A model generated the notes under the pieces. It was given only the letters and a program-made list of their open reading frames with translations, was not told the origin of the DNA and did not search any database. Positions 18,107 to 27,797 of a stretch of 64,000 nucleotides of DNA are shown here, piece by piece. The translations under genes and the position numbers were made by a program. The stretch is from the sequence record OM386653.1; one strand, given 5' to 3'. The DNA comes from Escherichia phage vB_EcoM_ESCO8. Each line of letters starts with the position of its first letter. Position 1 is the stretch's first letter.

Positions 18107-18394
18107 TTATTTGCTTTCACGAGCAAAATAATAATTTTCATATTCATTACGTGTAACGATTTCTGGATGATCAGGTTCACCGTAACTAAGTTTAATTTCA
18201 GGATACACTTTGGTGTTGAATAGACACGTAACACCTCTCATATAATATCCTGTAGGACTTAAGACAACATCATCTTCACTTACACTTGAGAATTTTATTT
18301 CACCATTAGTATCTTTGACGACAATAAGAGCATGTTCAGGCCAATCAAGATTCTCTTCTTTCAGTTTTTCATAAACTTCTTGCACTAGTTCCAT
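18107..18394 (-). CDS. hypothetical protein (95 aa)
   Basis: ORF track. Confidence 0.45.
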   Translation of the reverse strand: MELVQEVYEKLKEENLDWPEHALIVVKDTNGEIKFSSVSEDDVVLSPTGYYMRGVTCLFNTKVYPEIKLSYGEPDHPEIVTRNEYENYYFARESK

Positions 18395-18403
18395 ATTGCC
18401 TCC

Positions 18404-18577
18404 TCAGATTACAAATTTTTCTTCTTCTGGTTTCTCGTAGTTGGGAGAATAAACGTGGGATGGATTAAAACCTTTAAAGCTACCCCGCCCTTTTCGTGGA
18501 CAATTGAATGTTTTAGCTTTGTGATCACCAAAAGATTTACCACAATGTACACATTTATAATTGGTATCTTTGAACAT
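18404..18577 (-). CDS. small zinc-finger protein (57 aa, CVHCGK...FNCPRKGRG)
   Basis: Not in track; aaggagag RBS upstream; preferred over overlapping low-complexity track ORF 18409..18606. Confidence 0.45.
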   Translation of the reverse strand: MFKDTNYKCVHCGKSFGDHKAKTFNCPRKGRGSFKGFNPSHVYSPNYEKPEEEKFVI

Positions 18578-18733
18578 TTTACTCTCCTTTGAAAGATAGG
18601 CTGCACAGCAGTACAGCCTTTTAAAAAATTAGTGTTTAAATTTTTCGATTACTTCGTCAACTTTAGCGATGATAACATCCTGGTACTTGTGACCAAAATA
18701 ACCAACAACAACACCAACAATAAACGTCATCAT

Positions 18734-19333
18734 TTACTTCTCCTTTTTAACTATAATGGCTTCTTCATTCAGAGTAAACAGCAAGGAAGATGTATCACCA
18801 ACACACCTTGCACCTGGAATGAGTTCTAAAATTTTAGAGGATATAGCAATAGTATCTTCATCCAGTACATATTCTCCAGGTAACAATCTTAATGTTATTG
18901 GAAAATCTACGGATGCCAAACCAGAGAACATCCCATCATTAAGAAGAACAACTTCTAAACCGTTGCCTTCTTGTTGTGCATTATGCACTTTTTCCGGTAA
19001 GAAGTCAATACATTGATTTAAAATTTCCACATTTAATTCTACACCAGTCCGAGCTTTATAAACTCTAGCCAAATCTATGATCCGAGGATCAATACTGGCG
19101 TAAGGAGATTCTAGGTGTTTTGGGTCAATAGGAGCAACGCGCAATTTACCATCGAGAGATATCCACGTTACAATCCACATTTCACCAACCCCAGGTTGAT
19201 CTCGCGCAGTAAGGAATTCTACTAATGCTCCAGGATTAGGCATTATGTAATCTTGTGTGATCAACATGTTCTTCACTCGCAAAAGCATTCCTGGCTTCAG
19301 TAAGCCCTTCTCACCACTCCAATATTCTTTCAT
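18734..19333 (-). CDS. hypothetical protein (about 199 aa)
   Basis: Track ORF 18734..19378; internal ATG (MKEYW) at 19333 has aggagtaaaa RBS. Confidence 0.5.
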   Translation of the reverse strand: MKEYWSGEKGLLKPGMLLRVKNMLITQDYIMPNPGALVEFLTARDQPGVGEMWIVTWISLDGKLRVAPIDPKHLESPYASIDPRIIDLARVYKARTGVELNVEILNQCIDFLPEKVHNAQQEGNGLEVVLLNDGMFSGLASVDFPITLRLLPGEYVLDEDTIAISSKILELIPGARCVGDTSSLLFTLNEEAIIVKKEK

Positions 19334-19346
19334 TTTTACTCCTGAT

Positions 19347-19619
19347 TTAATGTCGTAGTTCACTAAACTTACAAACAAAGTGAACGTTAAGAAAAGTTAG
19401 TTTTCGATCTGGTGTAAACTCTGTTACTGTTTTATACACCTGTGCAATACCGAACCTGTTGACAGCAGGTACTGATAGTTGGCTTATACATTTCATAGCT
19501 GATAGTTTTGCCTCTTCTTCAGATGCAAAATAAGTAAACATACCTTCTTCGTCAACTATAATTTCTTGTGTAACACAATCTACAAAACAAAAGAAAACAT
19601 TAGGTAATTTTTCCGACAT
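19347..19619 (-). CDS. hypothetical protein (90 aa)
   Basis: ORF track. Confidence 0.45.
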   Translation of the reverse strand: MSEKLPNVFFCFVDCVTQEIIVDEEGMFTYFASEEEAKLSAMKCISQLSVPAVNRFGIAQVYKTVTEFTPDRKLTFLNVHFVCKFSELRH

Positions 19620-19620
19620 A

Positions 19621-19833
19621 TTAGTTGTTCCTGTACTTAGAGAACAAGGTATTGACTAACCAGTCAGCAAACAGTAATCCAAGTGTACCAATACCGTAAC
19701 CGATAAGCATAATGTAAGGCACTGCCTTATTTTCATTACCTGTCATTACTTCAGGAAAAATCAAAAATACAATACCGTTACCAACGATAATCCAGAACAT
19801 AAGAAACACAAACATACGAAGCAACATTGTCAT
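19621..19833 (-). CDS. small membrane protein (2 predicted TM helices)
   Basis: ORF track 70 aa; hydrophobic segments. Confidence 0.45.
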   Translation of the reverse strand: MTMLLRMFVFLMFWIIVGNGIVFLIFPEVMTGNENKAVPYIMLIGYGIGTLGLLFADWLVNTLFSKYRNN

Positions 19834-19834
19834 A

Positions 19835-20017
19835 TTATTCTTCCTCCTTCACTTCTTCAACTTTACGAAGCATACGTTTATCAAATGTAGCTTTCTGTAG
19901 TTGTTCATTAACATCAAACCATACCACTTCGCAAGTATCATAAGTAGATACCATTACAGTCATTAACATTTCTTCACTGGCAAGACGTACAATATCACCT
20001 GTTTTAATATTTACCAT
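19835..20017 (-). CDS. hypothetical protein (60 aa)
   Basis: ORF track; aggag RBS. Confidence 0.4.
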   Translation of the reverse strand: MVNIKTGDIVRLASEEMLMTVMVSTYDTCEVVWFDVNEQLQKATFDKRMLRKVEEVKEEE

Positions 20018-20421
20018 AACTCCTCCAGAAGTTTACCAAGTTTAGTTTTAAATTCATTATCCCACGCTATACGAACTATGTCAAGATCACCTTGTGCATT
20101 ACGTTTTGTATCTAAGTAGTAACCACCATGCTCATAGCGGTGTTTTATATGCTCGATCAGACGTTCTTTACCACTCTTGGATAAATAGTCATCAAATTCC
20201 CCATTGAAAAGGTCTAAGATTGTTTGTCTATTATCTCCTAGTTGGGTGATTCTAAAACTAATCAAAGATCCCTGTAAACCTATATCTGTTTGTTTAAGAG
20301 AAAACCCATGACCAAAGCCGCCTGTAACTATAACAAGCGGTTTTCCTGTGATAGAGCTTTTAATAACATCTTGCTTAGGTTCTGCCAAAGATGTTAGAAA
20401 CTCTTTTAACCATTTGAACAT
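20011..20421 (-). CDS. hypothetical protein (136 aa)
   Basis: ORF track. Confidence 0.5.
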   Translation of the reverse strand: MFKWLKEFLTSLAEPKQDVIKSSITGKPLVIVTGGFGHGFSLKQTDIGLQGSLISFRITQLGDNRQTILDLFNGEFDDYLSKSGKERLIEHIKHRYEHGGYYLDTKRNAQGDLDIVRIAWDNEFKTKLGKLLEELW

Positions 20422-20526
20422 AAACTCTCCTGTGTGGCGTGGCTTTGCCTAAGCGCCGAAGGCGCGGATCAAATATAAGCTGAATTTATTACGCCCAGGT
20501 AGCCAGGGCGCATAAATATCAGAAAT

Positions 20527-20775
20527 TTACCATCGAATAACTATTCGAGTAAAGTTTTCATCGTAATGAGATGTTTCTGTATCAATAAAAGTTAAAAAAC
20601 CTTCAGCATCCAAGCTAACTTTTACGAAAGTTGGATAAAGCGTGTATATAGCAGCTTCTCTGTCTCCATCTTTAGCTGCTCTTTCAATATACGCGTAGAT
20701 GTTTTGTAAACTCTCCTTTGCTTTGTTAAGTTCTGCGTTTTCTGCCAGTTCTCTCATTTTATCTGCTACAGTCAT
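20527..20775 (-). CDS. hypothetical protein (82 aa)
   Basis: ORF track. Confidence 0.45.
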   Translation of the reverse strand: MTVADKMRELAENAELNKAKESLQNIYAYIERAAKDGDREAAIYTLYPTFVKVSLDAEGFLTFIDTETSHYDENFTRIVIRW

Positions 20776-21044
20776 TTGTCAGTATCCTTTTCAATAAAGC
20801 CTGTGGTTTTACAAGGTACACATTCATACATTTGTCCAACATCTGCAACCACCCAACCCATTCCATTGCAATAAGGACAGATTGTTTTGTTCTCTTTAGC
20901 ATACACAGCCAGAAGTCTTTCTTCTAGCTTGTTGTAATCAGCAAGAAGAACATAGTCTCCTTCTGGATCTGGTACAATATCACATTGACCAGCAGCACCT
21001 TGGCTGTACACCTCTAAACCATATCGTGTAACCATTATCCCCAC
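20772..21044 (-). CDS. zinc-ribbon protein (CPYCNG...CVPC)
   Basis: ORF track 90 aa; two CxxC pairs. Confidence 0.45.
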   Translation of the reverse strand: MGIMVTRYGLEVYSQGAAGQCDIVPDPEGDYVLLADYNKLEERLLAVYAKENKTICPYCNGMGWVVADVGQMYECVPCKTTGFIEKDTDK

Positions 21045-21253
21045 TCCGCAATCAGTTTTGGATTTTCTGCACGAGAATAGAATGTTGTAATGTCACCGTA
21101 AGTGTACTCTTGTTCCGACAGTTTTACAAGAGAGATCATTTCACGATCTGGAGTACCAGGAATCCAGTCAAATACAGCAACGCCACGTGGTGTTACATAG
21201 AAACCAGATGTATTACCCGTAAACTTATCTTTTCCTTTATATAATTTGTACAC
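21035..21253 (-). CDS. hypothetical protein (72 aa)
   Basis: ORF track; GTG start with aggag RBS. Confidence 0.4.
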   Translation of the reverse strand: MYKLYKGKDKFTGNTSGFYVTPRGVAVFDWIPGTPDREMISLVKLSEQEYTYGDITTFYSRAENPKLIAEWG

Positions 21254-21324
21254 TTTCTACTCCTCATAGATAGAATCTATTAAAAACCTGCTATCAATCG
21301 GTATAAACAGTTTTACTTTTCGTA

Positions 21325-21379
21325 AAAAACATGCTACCCTAATCTTATATACCGAGCGATAGCGAGGTAGAGAATATTC
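21325..21379 (+). repeat. conserved ~55 nt element, copy A (aaaaacatgctaccctaa...gagcgaNagcgag...attc)
   Basis: Near-identical 18-mer plus similar downstream sequence also at 49968-50022. Confidence 0.4.
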
Positions 21380-21460
21380 CATGTTATACATGGAAAGAGT
21401 ATATGTAATGTTACTAACTCTATAACTAACTATATACTCTTTATACCTTACTTACTACTC

Positions 21461-21724
21461 TTATTGAAGTTCAAAGATATCCCCATCTCCATCATATCCA
21501 TACTCTAACTCTCCTGTATCATATAATACAATAAAGTCTGTATCATCTTCAATAAAAGATTTAGCATAGTCTACTAACTCTTCATTATCTTCATACCCTT
21601 CCAGGTACTCAATACGACCATTGATACATTTAGCTGCAACAACTCCTGGGCCATTGCTTGGAGTCCACTCACTGTATACTCGCATACCTAATTCTTTAAT
21701 CATTGTTTGTCTCCTCATAATCAA
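21461..21724 (-). CDS. hypothetical acidic protein (87 aa)
   Basis: ORF track. Confidence 0.45.
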   Translation of the reverse strand: MIMRRQTMIKELGMRVYSEWTPSNGPGVVAAKCINGRIEYLEGYEDNEELVDYAKSFIEDDTDFIVLYDTGELEYGYDGDGDIFELQ

Positions 21725-21920
21725 TGTAGTTGTAACACTTATTCTTTAAGAAATCTTCTGCTTGTTTATTGTGTTTTAGAATGATGCACTTCTCTTTGTT
21801 CTGTTCTACATCATTATGTAGATTGTACAAGTTAGATGCACCATACAGAATACCAATTAACAAAAGCAAAGAGATTGCTGTTGATAACAAAAATTGTTGC
21901 AACTTGTTTACAGACTTCAT
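21696..21920 (-). CDS. small membrane-anchored protein, paralog family B
   Basis: N-terminal TM helix; EKCIILKHNKQAEDFLKNKCYNYIDYEE matches 25784..26032 (EQCIVFKHQRNAEKFLALDCNRYVSYQMYE). Confidence 0.45.
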   Translation of the reverse strand: MKSVNKLQQFLLSTAISLLLLIGILYGASNLYNLHNDVEQNKEKCIILKHNKQAEDFLKNKCYNYIDYEETNND

Positions 21921-22143
21921 AAACCCTCCTTATCGTTAGTACACATTGATACTAACAAGAAGTTAAGATCGTGTCAACATCTTTGTGTTAATTTTATCCA
22001 CTGTTCACATTCTTCTTTTGTGTCGTACTCTACAGGCTTTCCTGTATCATTTCCACAACCATCTCCGAACGTAGCCCACCAGGAGAATAGAAAACAAGTT
22101 TCTCTTACTCTCCACTTATTGGCATAAGGTACAACATAATAAC

Positions 22144-22395
22144 TCATAAGATTGTGATCCTTAGTTCATTTTCTAAGGTGTGTCTCACACATTCTTTGAA
22201 ATTGTTATCAACATAAACCACACGTACCCCATGAGGTGTTTCTTTACATTCAAACACATTATATACAGTGTCAGATAAGACATGTTGTACGTTTACTTGT
22301 CCAACACCATCTTTAACCACAACCATTACTTTCAGTAAACTTGTATGGTTTTTAACTTCATCTTCTACGTATGCTACAACATCTTTGATATTCAT
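22144..22395 (-). CDS. hypothetical protein (83 aa)
   Basis: ORF track. Confidence 0.45.
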   Translation of the reverse strand: MNIKDVVAYVEDEVKNHTSLLKVMVVVKDGVGQVNVQHVLSDTVYNVFECKETPHGVRVVYVDNNFKECVRHTLENELRITIL

Positions 22396-22691
22396 CGTTT
22401 CTCCTGTTTAAGTACGATATAAGATTGACGAGATTTCCATCGTCCCATCTTAACAAGGCAAATAACGCCTCTCTTTAACAGATATTTCATATCTTCGTCA
22501 TAAGCTGTTTGCAATTGCCACTTACTGTTAACAGGAAGAGAACCATGTACCCTTAAGTGAGCTAACAGATACTTTCTTCGCTCCTTCCCATAAGGCAGAT
22601 ATTGCCATTCTTTCTTTGATACAGGTTCGTGTACTTTACGATGCCAGTAAGTAAGGTGTCTTCTTTTATGTAAACCCCTATTCCTTACCAT
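22392..22691 (-). CDS. hypothetical basic protein (99 aa)
   Basis: ORF track; Arg/Lys/His rich. Confidence 0.45.
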   Translation of the reverse strand: MVRNRGLHKRRHLTYWHRKVHEPVSKKEWQYLPYGKERRKYLLAHLRVHGSLPVNSKWQLQTAYDEDMKYLLKRGVICLVKMGRWKSRQSYIVLKQEKR

Positions 22692-22930
22692 TATACCTCT
22701 ACCTCCGTTACCCCAGGATCTCTAGTCCAGGTATAGTAGAGCATACCATCTTCTTTCAGTGCAATGCGATCACTTTCGTCTCGAAGATATAGGTCACATA
22801 CTACGCGCAGTTGCGGATCTGATCCGAGTAGTTCTGAAACAATAAGGTCATCACCGCTCATACGAGCAACAATCACTGCATATTGACCAGTATCTGCATC
22901 AAAAATTGGTTGTCCGATGTTTAATTGCAT
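22691..22930 (-). CDS. hypothetical protein (79 aa)
   Basis: ORF track. Confidence 0.4.
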   Translation of the reverse strand: MQLNIGQPIFDADTGQYAVIVARMSGDDLIVSELLGSDPQLRVVCDLYLRDESDRIALKEDGMLYYTWTRDPGVTEVEV

Positions 22931-23115
22931 TGTGTTGTCTCCTTATTCAGTACATTGTTTTGTGCTGCGCGCCAGCACTCATAAAAACCTTGGGTTAATG
23001 GCATAGTGTAATTTCCAGAAGGATCTCTTTCGAGATCCCCATCTGCATAACAACCACTACCTAAAAACCATTTTTCAAAATCGGATAAATCATCCCAATC
23101 TACACTATTTTCCAT
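22921..23115 (-). CDS. hypothetical protein (64 aa)
   Basis: ORF track. Confidence 0.4.
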   Translation of the reverse strand: MENSVDWDDLSDFEKWFLGSGCYADGDLERDPSGNYTMPLTQGFYECWRAAQNNVLNKETTQCN

Positions 23116-23116
23116 A

Positions 23117-23608
23117 TTATACTGTCTTATACCCTACAATAGCAACCTGATTCGTAGGCTTCCAACGACCAATAATCTCACCAGAAATCTCTGTGCTACC
23201 ATTTATGTATTGGTAATGGGTATCATCATGATTAACCCACGCCATAACGTCAAGAGTAGGGGTTTTGACGTGTACCAGTAGTGTAGCCCATTCTGGGGCT
23301 TCTTTAATATCTACAGAATCTTGCCAATCTTCTTCGATGTGCCAAGTAGGTTCACCATCAACATCTGTAACGAAGAAACGAGCTTTCATACGTTTAAAGA
23401 ACATTGGTGTATACCCATGATCGCACTCTGGGGTAAAATCATCCATCGTCTCGTCATAGGTGAAATATTGTCCATCTTTGTAATGAAAAGATGCGCAAAA
23501 TAGTTCATTACGAGCAGGAACATGCCATACAGCTACAAAACTACGACCATGTGGATAATGTTTAACCTCTTGCATAGTTTCCTCCTTATTTTTATTCAAA
23601 AGAATCAA
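23117..23608 (-). CDS. hypothetical protein (163 aa)
   Basis: ORF track; aggaggaaact RBS near internal Met also possible. Confidence 0.5.
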   Translation of the reverse strand: MILLNKNKEETMQEVKHYPHGRSFVAVWHVPARNELFCASFHYKDGQYFTYDETMDDFTPECDHGYTPMFFKRMKARFFVTDVDGEPTWHIEEDWQDSVDIKEAPEWATLLVHVKTPTLDVMAWVNHDDTHYQYINGSTEISGEIIGRWKPTNQVAIVGYKTV

Positions 23609-24035
23609 TTCGATTTTGTTCTATGTCAATTGCAGCATCTAAGATAAGTTTTAATGCTTCGAATTGCAAGTCTTCCTCTAAAGAGAAGACATATAAAACA
23701 ACGGATTCCAAGTAAGACAGCACTCCAAGACTAAGCGTTGCAATTTCTACTCCTGCATCGGAGAAGCCTGTTTGCAAAATTTCTTTGAAGAAACGCTGTT
23801 TATCAACAATAGCAGATAAAATAAGCGTTTTACGCTCGTCTGCTGATCGCACTGTGCAGTATATGTTGCTAAAAGAATCTAGCCACATTTTGATCATACC
23901 TTGTCGGTACATAAGGATTTCAATATCAGCTAACATATTATTTCTCCTCTGGAGAAAGGTTTGCATTAACTTGATAGTAAAAATCAAAATCTTTGTGTTG
24001 ATCGCACCATTCTTGAGCGTCTTTAAATGACGCAA
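23592..24035 (-). CDS. hypothetical protein (147 aa)
   Basis: ORF track. Confidence 0.45.
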   Translation of the reverse strand: MRHLKTLKNGAINTKILIFTIKLMQTFLQRRNNMLADIEILMYRQGMIKMWLDSFSNIYCTVRSADERKTLILSAIVDKQRFFKEILQTGFSDAGVEIATLSLGVLSYLESVVLYVFSLEEDLQFEALKLILDAAIDIEQNRIDSFE

Positions 24036-24126
24036 ATTGCATAGTGAATGTTGCCATCCACGTGTTCATACTTTTATTGAACTTGTCGATAAAAAATGTT
24101 TGCATTATTCCTCCCATTTTATCCAA
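23938..24126 (-). CDS. hypothetical protein (62 aa)
   Basis: ORF track. Confidence 0.35.
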   Translation of the reverse strand: MDKMGGIMQTFFIDKFNKSMNTWMATFTMQFASFKDAQEWCDQHKDFDFYYQVNANLSPEEK

Positions 24127-24338
24127 AGGCAGTATTCTGGAACATAAACCTCCTTCCCTTTGTTATTTACAAAGGTGTACTCCACAAATTCTGCTTTATA
24201 TGTTTTGTTATATTCCTGTGCTGCTGGCACAGGACATTTTGTAATGCGCGTTTCAGTCCAACGGCGGTGTATAACCGCCTTGTTCTTTGGATCAAACGGA
24301 TGTATAAAGTGTGTTTTACTCATGCGCCATTTCCACAA
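24105..24338 (-). CDS. hypothetical protein (77 aa)
   Basis: ORF track. Confidence 0.4.
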   Translation of the reverse strand: MWKWRMSKTHFIHPFDPKNKAVIHRRWTETRITKCPVPAAQEYNKTYKAEFVEYTFVNNKGKEVYVPEYCLWIKWEE

Positions 24339-24720
24339 GATTTTTAATCATAGTTTCTCGACAGAGATTCCACATGTCCGAAGCAACCATAGAGGCATAT
24401 TCATCGGGGTTGGATTCTGGTAAAATCTCTTTAACTGCTTCTGGTGTCGGGTTGCACATAGCAGGTAGTGCTTTAAGTGCATCTTCAATAGAGAGCTTCT
24501 TACCTTCACTGTAAATAACTTCGTAAGCATAGTCATTTACATCTTCTGGAATATCTTGATCCAGGTAACGCACAGTAGAGTTATGCATTTTGTTCATAGC
24601 TTCACTAACACCAGCGCCACAAAGCTGTGCAACTTCTTTAGAGATACAGTCACAAATAACAACTTCATAAGGTTGTCCACCATAATACTGTGCATTATAT
24701 TTGATTTTAACAGACCACAT
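24316..24720 (-). CDS. hypothetical protein (134 aa)
   Basis: ORF track. Confidence 0.5.
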   Translation of the reverse strand: MWSVKIKYNAQYYGGQPYEVVICDCISKEVAQLCGAGVSEAMNKMHNSTVRYLDQDIPEDVNDYAYEVIYSEGKKLSIEDALKALPAMCNPTPEAVKEILPESNPDEYASMVASDMWNLCRETMIKNLVEMAHE

Positions 24721-24786
24721 CTTACTCTCCTTATTTAACGTGTTTTAGCAATTCAATGCGATGCCCTTCAAACATAATCTCTTTCA

Positions 24787-25371
24787 TTACACATCCTCCA
24801 TTTGGAACATCTTCTTGTGGTTAGAATAGATCTGTTTGAAAATCTTGTCAAGGCGTTCATATGATTCTTTATGCTCTTGTTTCCATCCGTGATTTCGGAT
24901 TTTATCTGCTAGGTCATACGCCTCGCATAAAACTTTGGCAAAGTTGGTATTATCTATAGCACAAGCCTCAAAACCTTGAACTAAACCCTCTACATCATAC
25001 CACGTATAGTCAGAGTCACTAGGAGGCTTTCCTGCATCGGCTAAACGTTGCCTCACCCATTCGATACGTTTTTCATTCAAATGGCACTTACCTTCTCTAC
25101 ACTCTTGTTCTAATTCTTCTTTAGATTCATTGAATGGGTGAAGGACAGGTAGCTCTGCTTTTTGCAATTGCTCCAGATATTCTCCTACAATACGCATAGC
25201 TTCACTGTGTGTACACTTTCTACCTGTGTGCCAGTAACGGAAGATACTTTCTGTTAAACAGATGTTTTTACTAAACATCGCATTGTCTTTAACATTCACT
25301 CTATTAGCCCAGTCTAAATAATATACATAAAACTGCAATAATTCATAACTGCTTGGTATAATTTTACTCAT
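24787..25371 (-). CDS. paralog family A member 1 (194 aa)
   Basis: Shares LLQFY..W, LHPFN, RIEWVRQRL motifs with 25995..26363, 28287..28661, 28802..29218. Confidence 0.55.
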   Translation of the reverse strand: MSKIIPSSYELLQFYVYYLDWANRVNVKDNAMFSKNICLTESIFRYWHTGRKCTHSEAMRIVGEYLEQLQKAELPVLHPFNESKEELEQECREGKCHLNEKRIEWVRQRLADAGKPPSDSDYTWYDVEGLVQGFEACAIDNTNFAKVLCEAYDLADKIRNHGWKQEHKESYERLDKIFKQIYSNHKKMFQMEDV

Positions 25372-25549
25372 AGCCTCTCCTTAATTGTGAAAAATGTTAT
25401 CAATCAATATGACTAGTAATACAAGGATAGAAGGGAGTAGGAACAGAAATCTTAACATTATGTGATGCGTGTGAGAAGCGGCTTTAGCGCCAGCCGCCAG
25501 TAAGCCTACTAATCCTACAATAAAGAGCAGTTGTTCAGGGACACCCATA

Positions 25550-25774
25550 TTATGGAACACTTGGATACTCCGTAAGTTCGGCTAACAATTGGATATGTGG
25601 ACACGTGAATTGTTGTCCTGGATAGCGTGAGCTAATATCATCCAGCAAAGCAATCACAGCATTGTGCAATGCTTCGTAATCTTCATAATACACCATCTCT
25701 CCATTAGGATCTTCAACAATATCACAGTGACAAGCGTGAGCAGTACACGCATCCCATTCCAGACGTTTTACCAT
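25550..25774 (-). CDS. hypothetical Cys/His-rich protein (74 aa)
   Basis: ORF track; CTAHACHC motif. Confidence 0.4.
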   Translation of the reverse strand: MVKRLEWDACTAHACHCDIVEDPNGEMVYYEDYEALHNAVIALLDDISSRYPGQQFTCPHIQLLAELTEYPSVP

Positions 25775-25783
25775 AAACCCTCC

Positions 25784-26032
25784 TTACTCATACATTTGAT
25801 AAGATACATAACGATTGCAATCAAGTGCGAGAAACTTTTCAGCATTTCTTTGATGCTTGAACACAATACACTGTTCTTTTTTAGCTGCACTTTCACGAGC
25901 TTCTCTTGCCATATACTCACCTAAACGAACGATACCAGAGAATAACACGTATGCAAGAATAAGACAAACAGTGATTGCACAGAAAGTTTTAAACTTAACC
26001 ATTGTATTCCTCCATATCACGAATACGATCAA
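25784..26032 (-). CDS. small membrane-anchored protein, paralog family B
   Basis: See 21696..21920. Confidence 0.45.
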   Translation of the reverse strand: MIVFVIWRNTMVKFKTFCAITVCLILAYVLFSGIVRLGEYMAREARESAAKKEQCIVFKHQRNAEKFLALDCNRYVSYQMYE

Positions 26033-26363
26033 TCACCCATTGTACACGTTCTTTATTAAGGTGTGCAATGCCTAGCTCTGTTTCCGTAAAGTAGTGCGAG
26101 AAATCCGTATTAAACGGATGTAAATGGTTCAAACCCGCTTTCTTAAATTGTTCCTTCATTTCCTCTCGTACAGAGGATTGGAGCTTTGATACATTCTCAA
26201 CATCTTTTATCCAAGCAATATTGTATAAGAAGTCTACAAGACACGTGCAAAGACCATAATGCTTTTTGCTAAAGTTTGTATCTTCTTGTTCTAACCACCA
26301 TTCATAAAATTGTAGCAAATAGGGGCTGCTTTTCATGTTACACACTTTATTATTTTCTTGCAT
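25995..26363 (-). CDS. paralog family A member 2 (122 aa)
   Basis: LLQFYEWWLEQ, GLCTCLVDFL, LHPFN, RVQWVIDRI motifs. Confidence 0.55.
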   Translation of the reverse strand: MQENNKVCNMKSSPYLLQFYEWWLEQEDTNFSKKHYGLCTCLVDFLYNIAWIKDVENVSKLQSSVREEMKEQFKKAGLNHLHPFNTDFSHYFTETELGIAHLNKERVQWVIDRIRDMEEYNG

Positions 26364-26372
26364 GGTTTCTCC

Positions 26373-26672
26373 TTAATGCCAATCTACGATCACTGAATCT
26401 ACAAAACCCTCTTTGGTGTTTAAAGCATACACCTTACTAAGCCCACGCTCTCGTAGTGTTTCCATAGCAAGATCAATCAAATCAACTTGTCGTTTCTTTG
26501 CTTGTTCATTTTTTGGATAGTCATCCAAACCGAAAACAGACGGTTTAAATGCTTTGGAGTATTTGCCAGTCTTAGCCTGATCATAACAGTCCTGAATAAT
26601 TTCCTCAATAGGAAACCATAAACCTTCTCCACTTTGCTTTGCAATACAACGCAGTTTTTCTGTAACAGTCAT
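26373..26672 (-). CDS. hypothetical protein (99 aa)
   Basis: ORF track. Confidence 0.45.
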   Translation of the reverse strand: MTVTEKLRCIAKQSGEGLWFPIEEIIQDCYDQAKTGKYSKAFKPSVFGLDDYPKNEQAKKRQVDLIDLAMETLRERGLSKVYALNTKEGFVDSVIVDWH

Positions 26673-26881
26673 TCTTCCTCTCCTTTCAATTTACACTCAA
26701 AGATACCATTCTTAATGTTATCTGTCAAATAAAGACTATCTTCTATCTCTTCTTTTGTATACACATAAGCCTCCTTTTCCACGTCTGTCAGACCTTGCAT
26801 CGGAGCTAGTAGCCACCAGCTCCGCCAGTCAAACATAGGAGACTTATCAGATACACGAAGAATGTATCTGTCATTACACAT
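26669..26881 (-). CDS. hypothetical protein (70 aa)
   Basis: ORF track. Confidence 0.4.
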   Translation of the reverse strand: MCNDRYILRVSDKSPMFDWRSWWLLAPMQGLTDVEKEAYVYTKEEIEDSLYLTDNIKNGIFECKLKGEEE

Positions 26882-26884
26882 ATA

Positions 26885-27337
26885 TTATACGATGTTCACA
26901 CTAATATCTGCAACACCAACAAGAGAATAGATTTCAACTACACTCTGTGTACGATCCAGCTTGTAACGTTTCGCCTCTTTTTCAACTTCCTCATGGGAGA
27001 TGGTTTCCATGATCGGAACTCCATCCACTACAAGCAGGTATTTCTCTTCGTGTTTACTTTTTGGTGCTTCCTCTAAGACTTCTACAAAATACTCAAACTC
27101 ACTTTTTGCAAGCAACGTGTAACACTGAAGAAAGTCTCCTTCATTTTGAGCGATAATTTCTTGTTCTCCTGCTAAGGATTGCAAAGCAGTGACACCATAC
27201 CAATCATCCACATCTAATACACGAAAATAGGAATCACCTAAAAAAGAAGCAATCCTACTATTGCACTCAGACACATTAGCAAACTTACGGATATAAGATG
27301 CGTTCTTAAAACGATACACTTTACCAATTTCAAACAT
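26885..27337 (-). CDS. hypothetical protein (150 aa)
   Basis: ORF track. Confidence 0.5.
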   Translation of the reverse strand: MFEIGKVYRFKNASYIRKFANVSECNSRIASFLGDSYFRVLDVDDWYGVTALQSLAGEQEIIAQNEGDFLQCYTLLAKSEFEYFVEVLEEAPKSKHEEKYLLVVDGVPIMETISHEEVEKEAKRYKLDRTQSVVEIYSLVGVADISVNIV

Positions 27338-27539
27338 TACACAACTCCTTATTGTTCAAGGGTAAAAGGAATGATTTCACCATAGCTGTATTGCATGGCA
27401 TTCACTTCTGCTTCTGCACGTTGTGCTAGTTCTAGTGTTGCACAGATTTTGTAAGGTACAGTGCTGCATTGGCTCCAGCCTGGGGTATTCTTTGTTACTA
27501 AGTACACAGTAGTTTGTTTATCCATCTTCTTTTCCTCTT

Positions 27540-27797
27540 TTAAACAGTATATTCGTGTGGAAGGAAAACATAGTCTTCTCCTTCAACAACATCAACTACT
27601 TTCCACTTCCAGCCAGGTACTTGGCTCATTGTCTTGAATGACACATAAGCAACTCCGCTGTAAGCGATATCGGCATCTAATATAAGAGGGAAAGCAACGT
27701 GTGTCAACCCCAGATAACCACAATTATTTTCAATACACACCTGAATGCTTTTCATGTTATGCTCCATTAAAGACGGGGCGCGTAGCGTTACGTTCAT
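27540..27797 (-). CDS. hypothetical protein (85 aa)
   Basis: ORF track. Confidence 0.45.
   Translation of the reverse strand: MNVTLRAPSLMEHNMKSIQVCIENNCGYLGLTHVAFPLILDADIAYSGVAYVSFKTMSQVPGWKWKVVDVVEGEDYVFLPHEYTV

Noticed and set aside
18409-18606. Track ORF 18409..18606 (minus, 65 aa)
   Set aside because: Low-complexity translation and no RBS; the overlapping frame 18404..18577 encodes a CxxC zinc-finger peptide with an aaggagag RBS and is preferred.
20422-20526. GC-rich intergenic segment (gcgccgaaggcgc, cgcccaggtagccagggcgc) as a possible small RNA or mobile element end
   Set aside because: Only short dyads without a flanking promoter or direct repeats; a similar ccagggcgca string at 41590 is too short to call a repeat family. 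Most likely a terminator/processing hairpin for the adjacent minus-strand genes.
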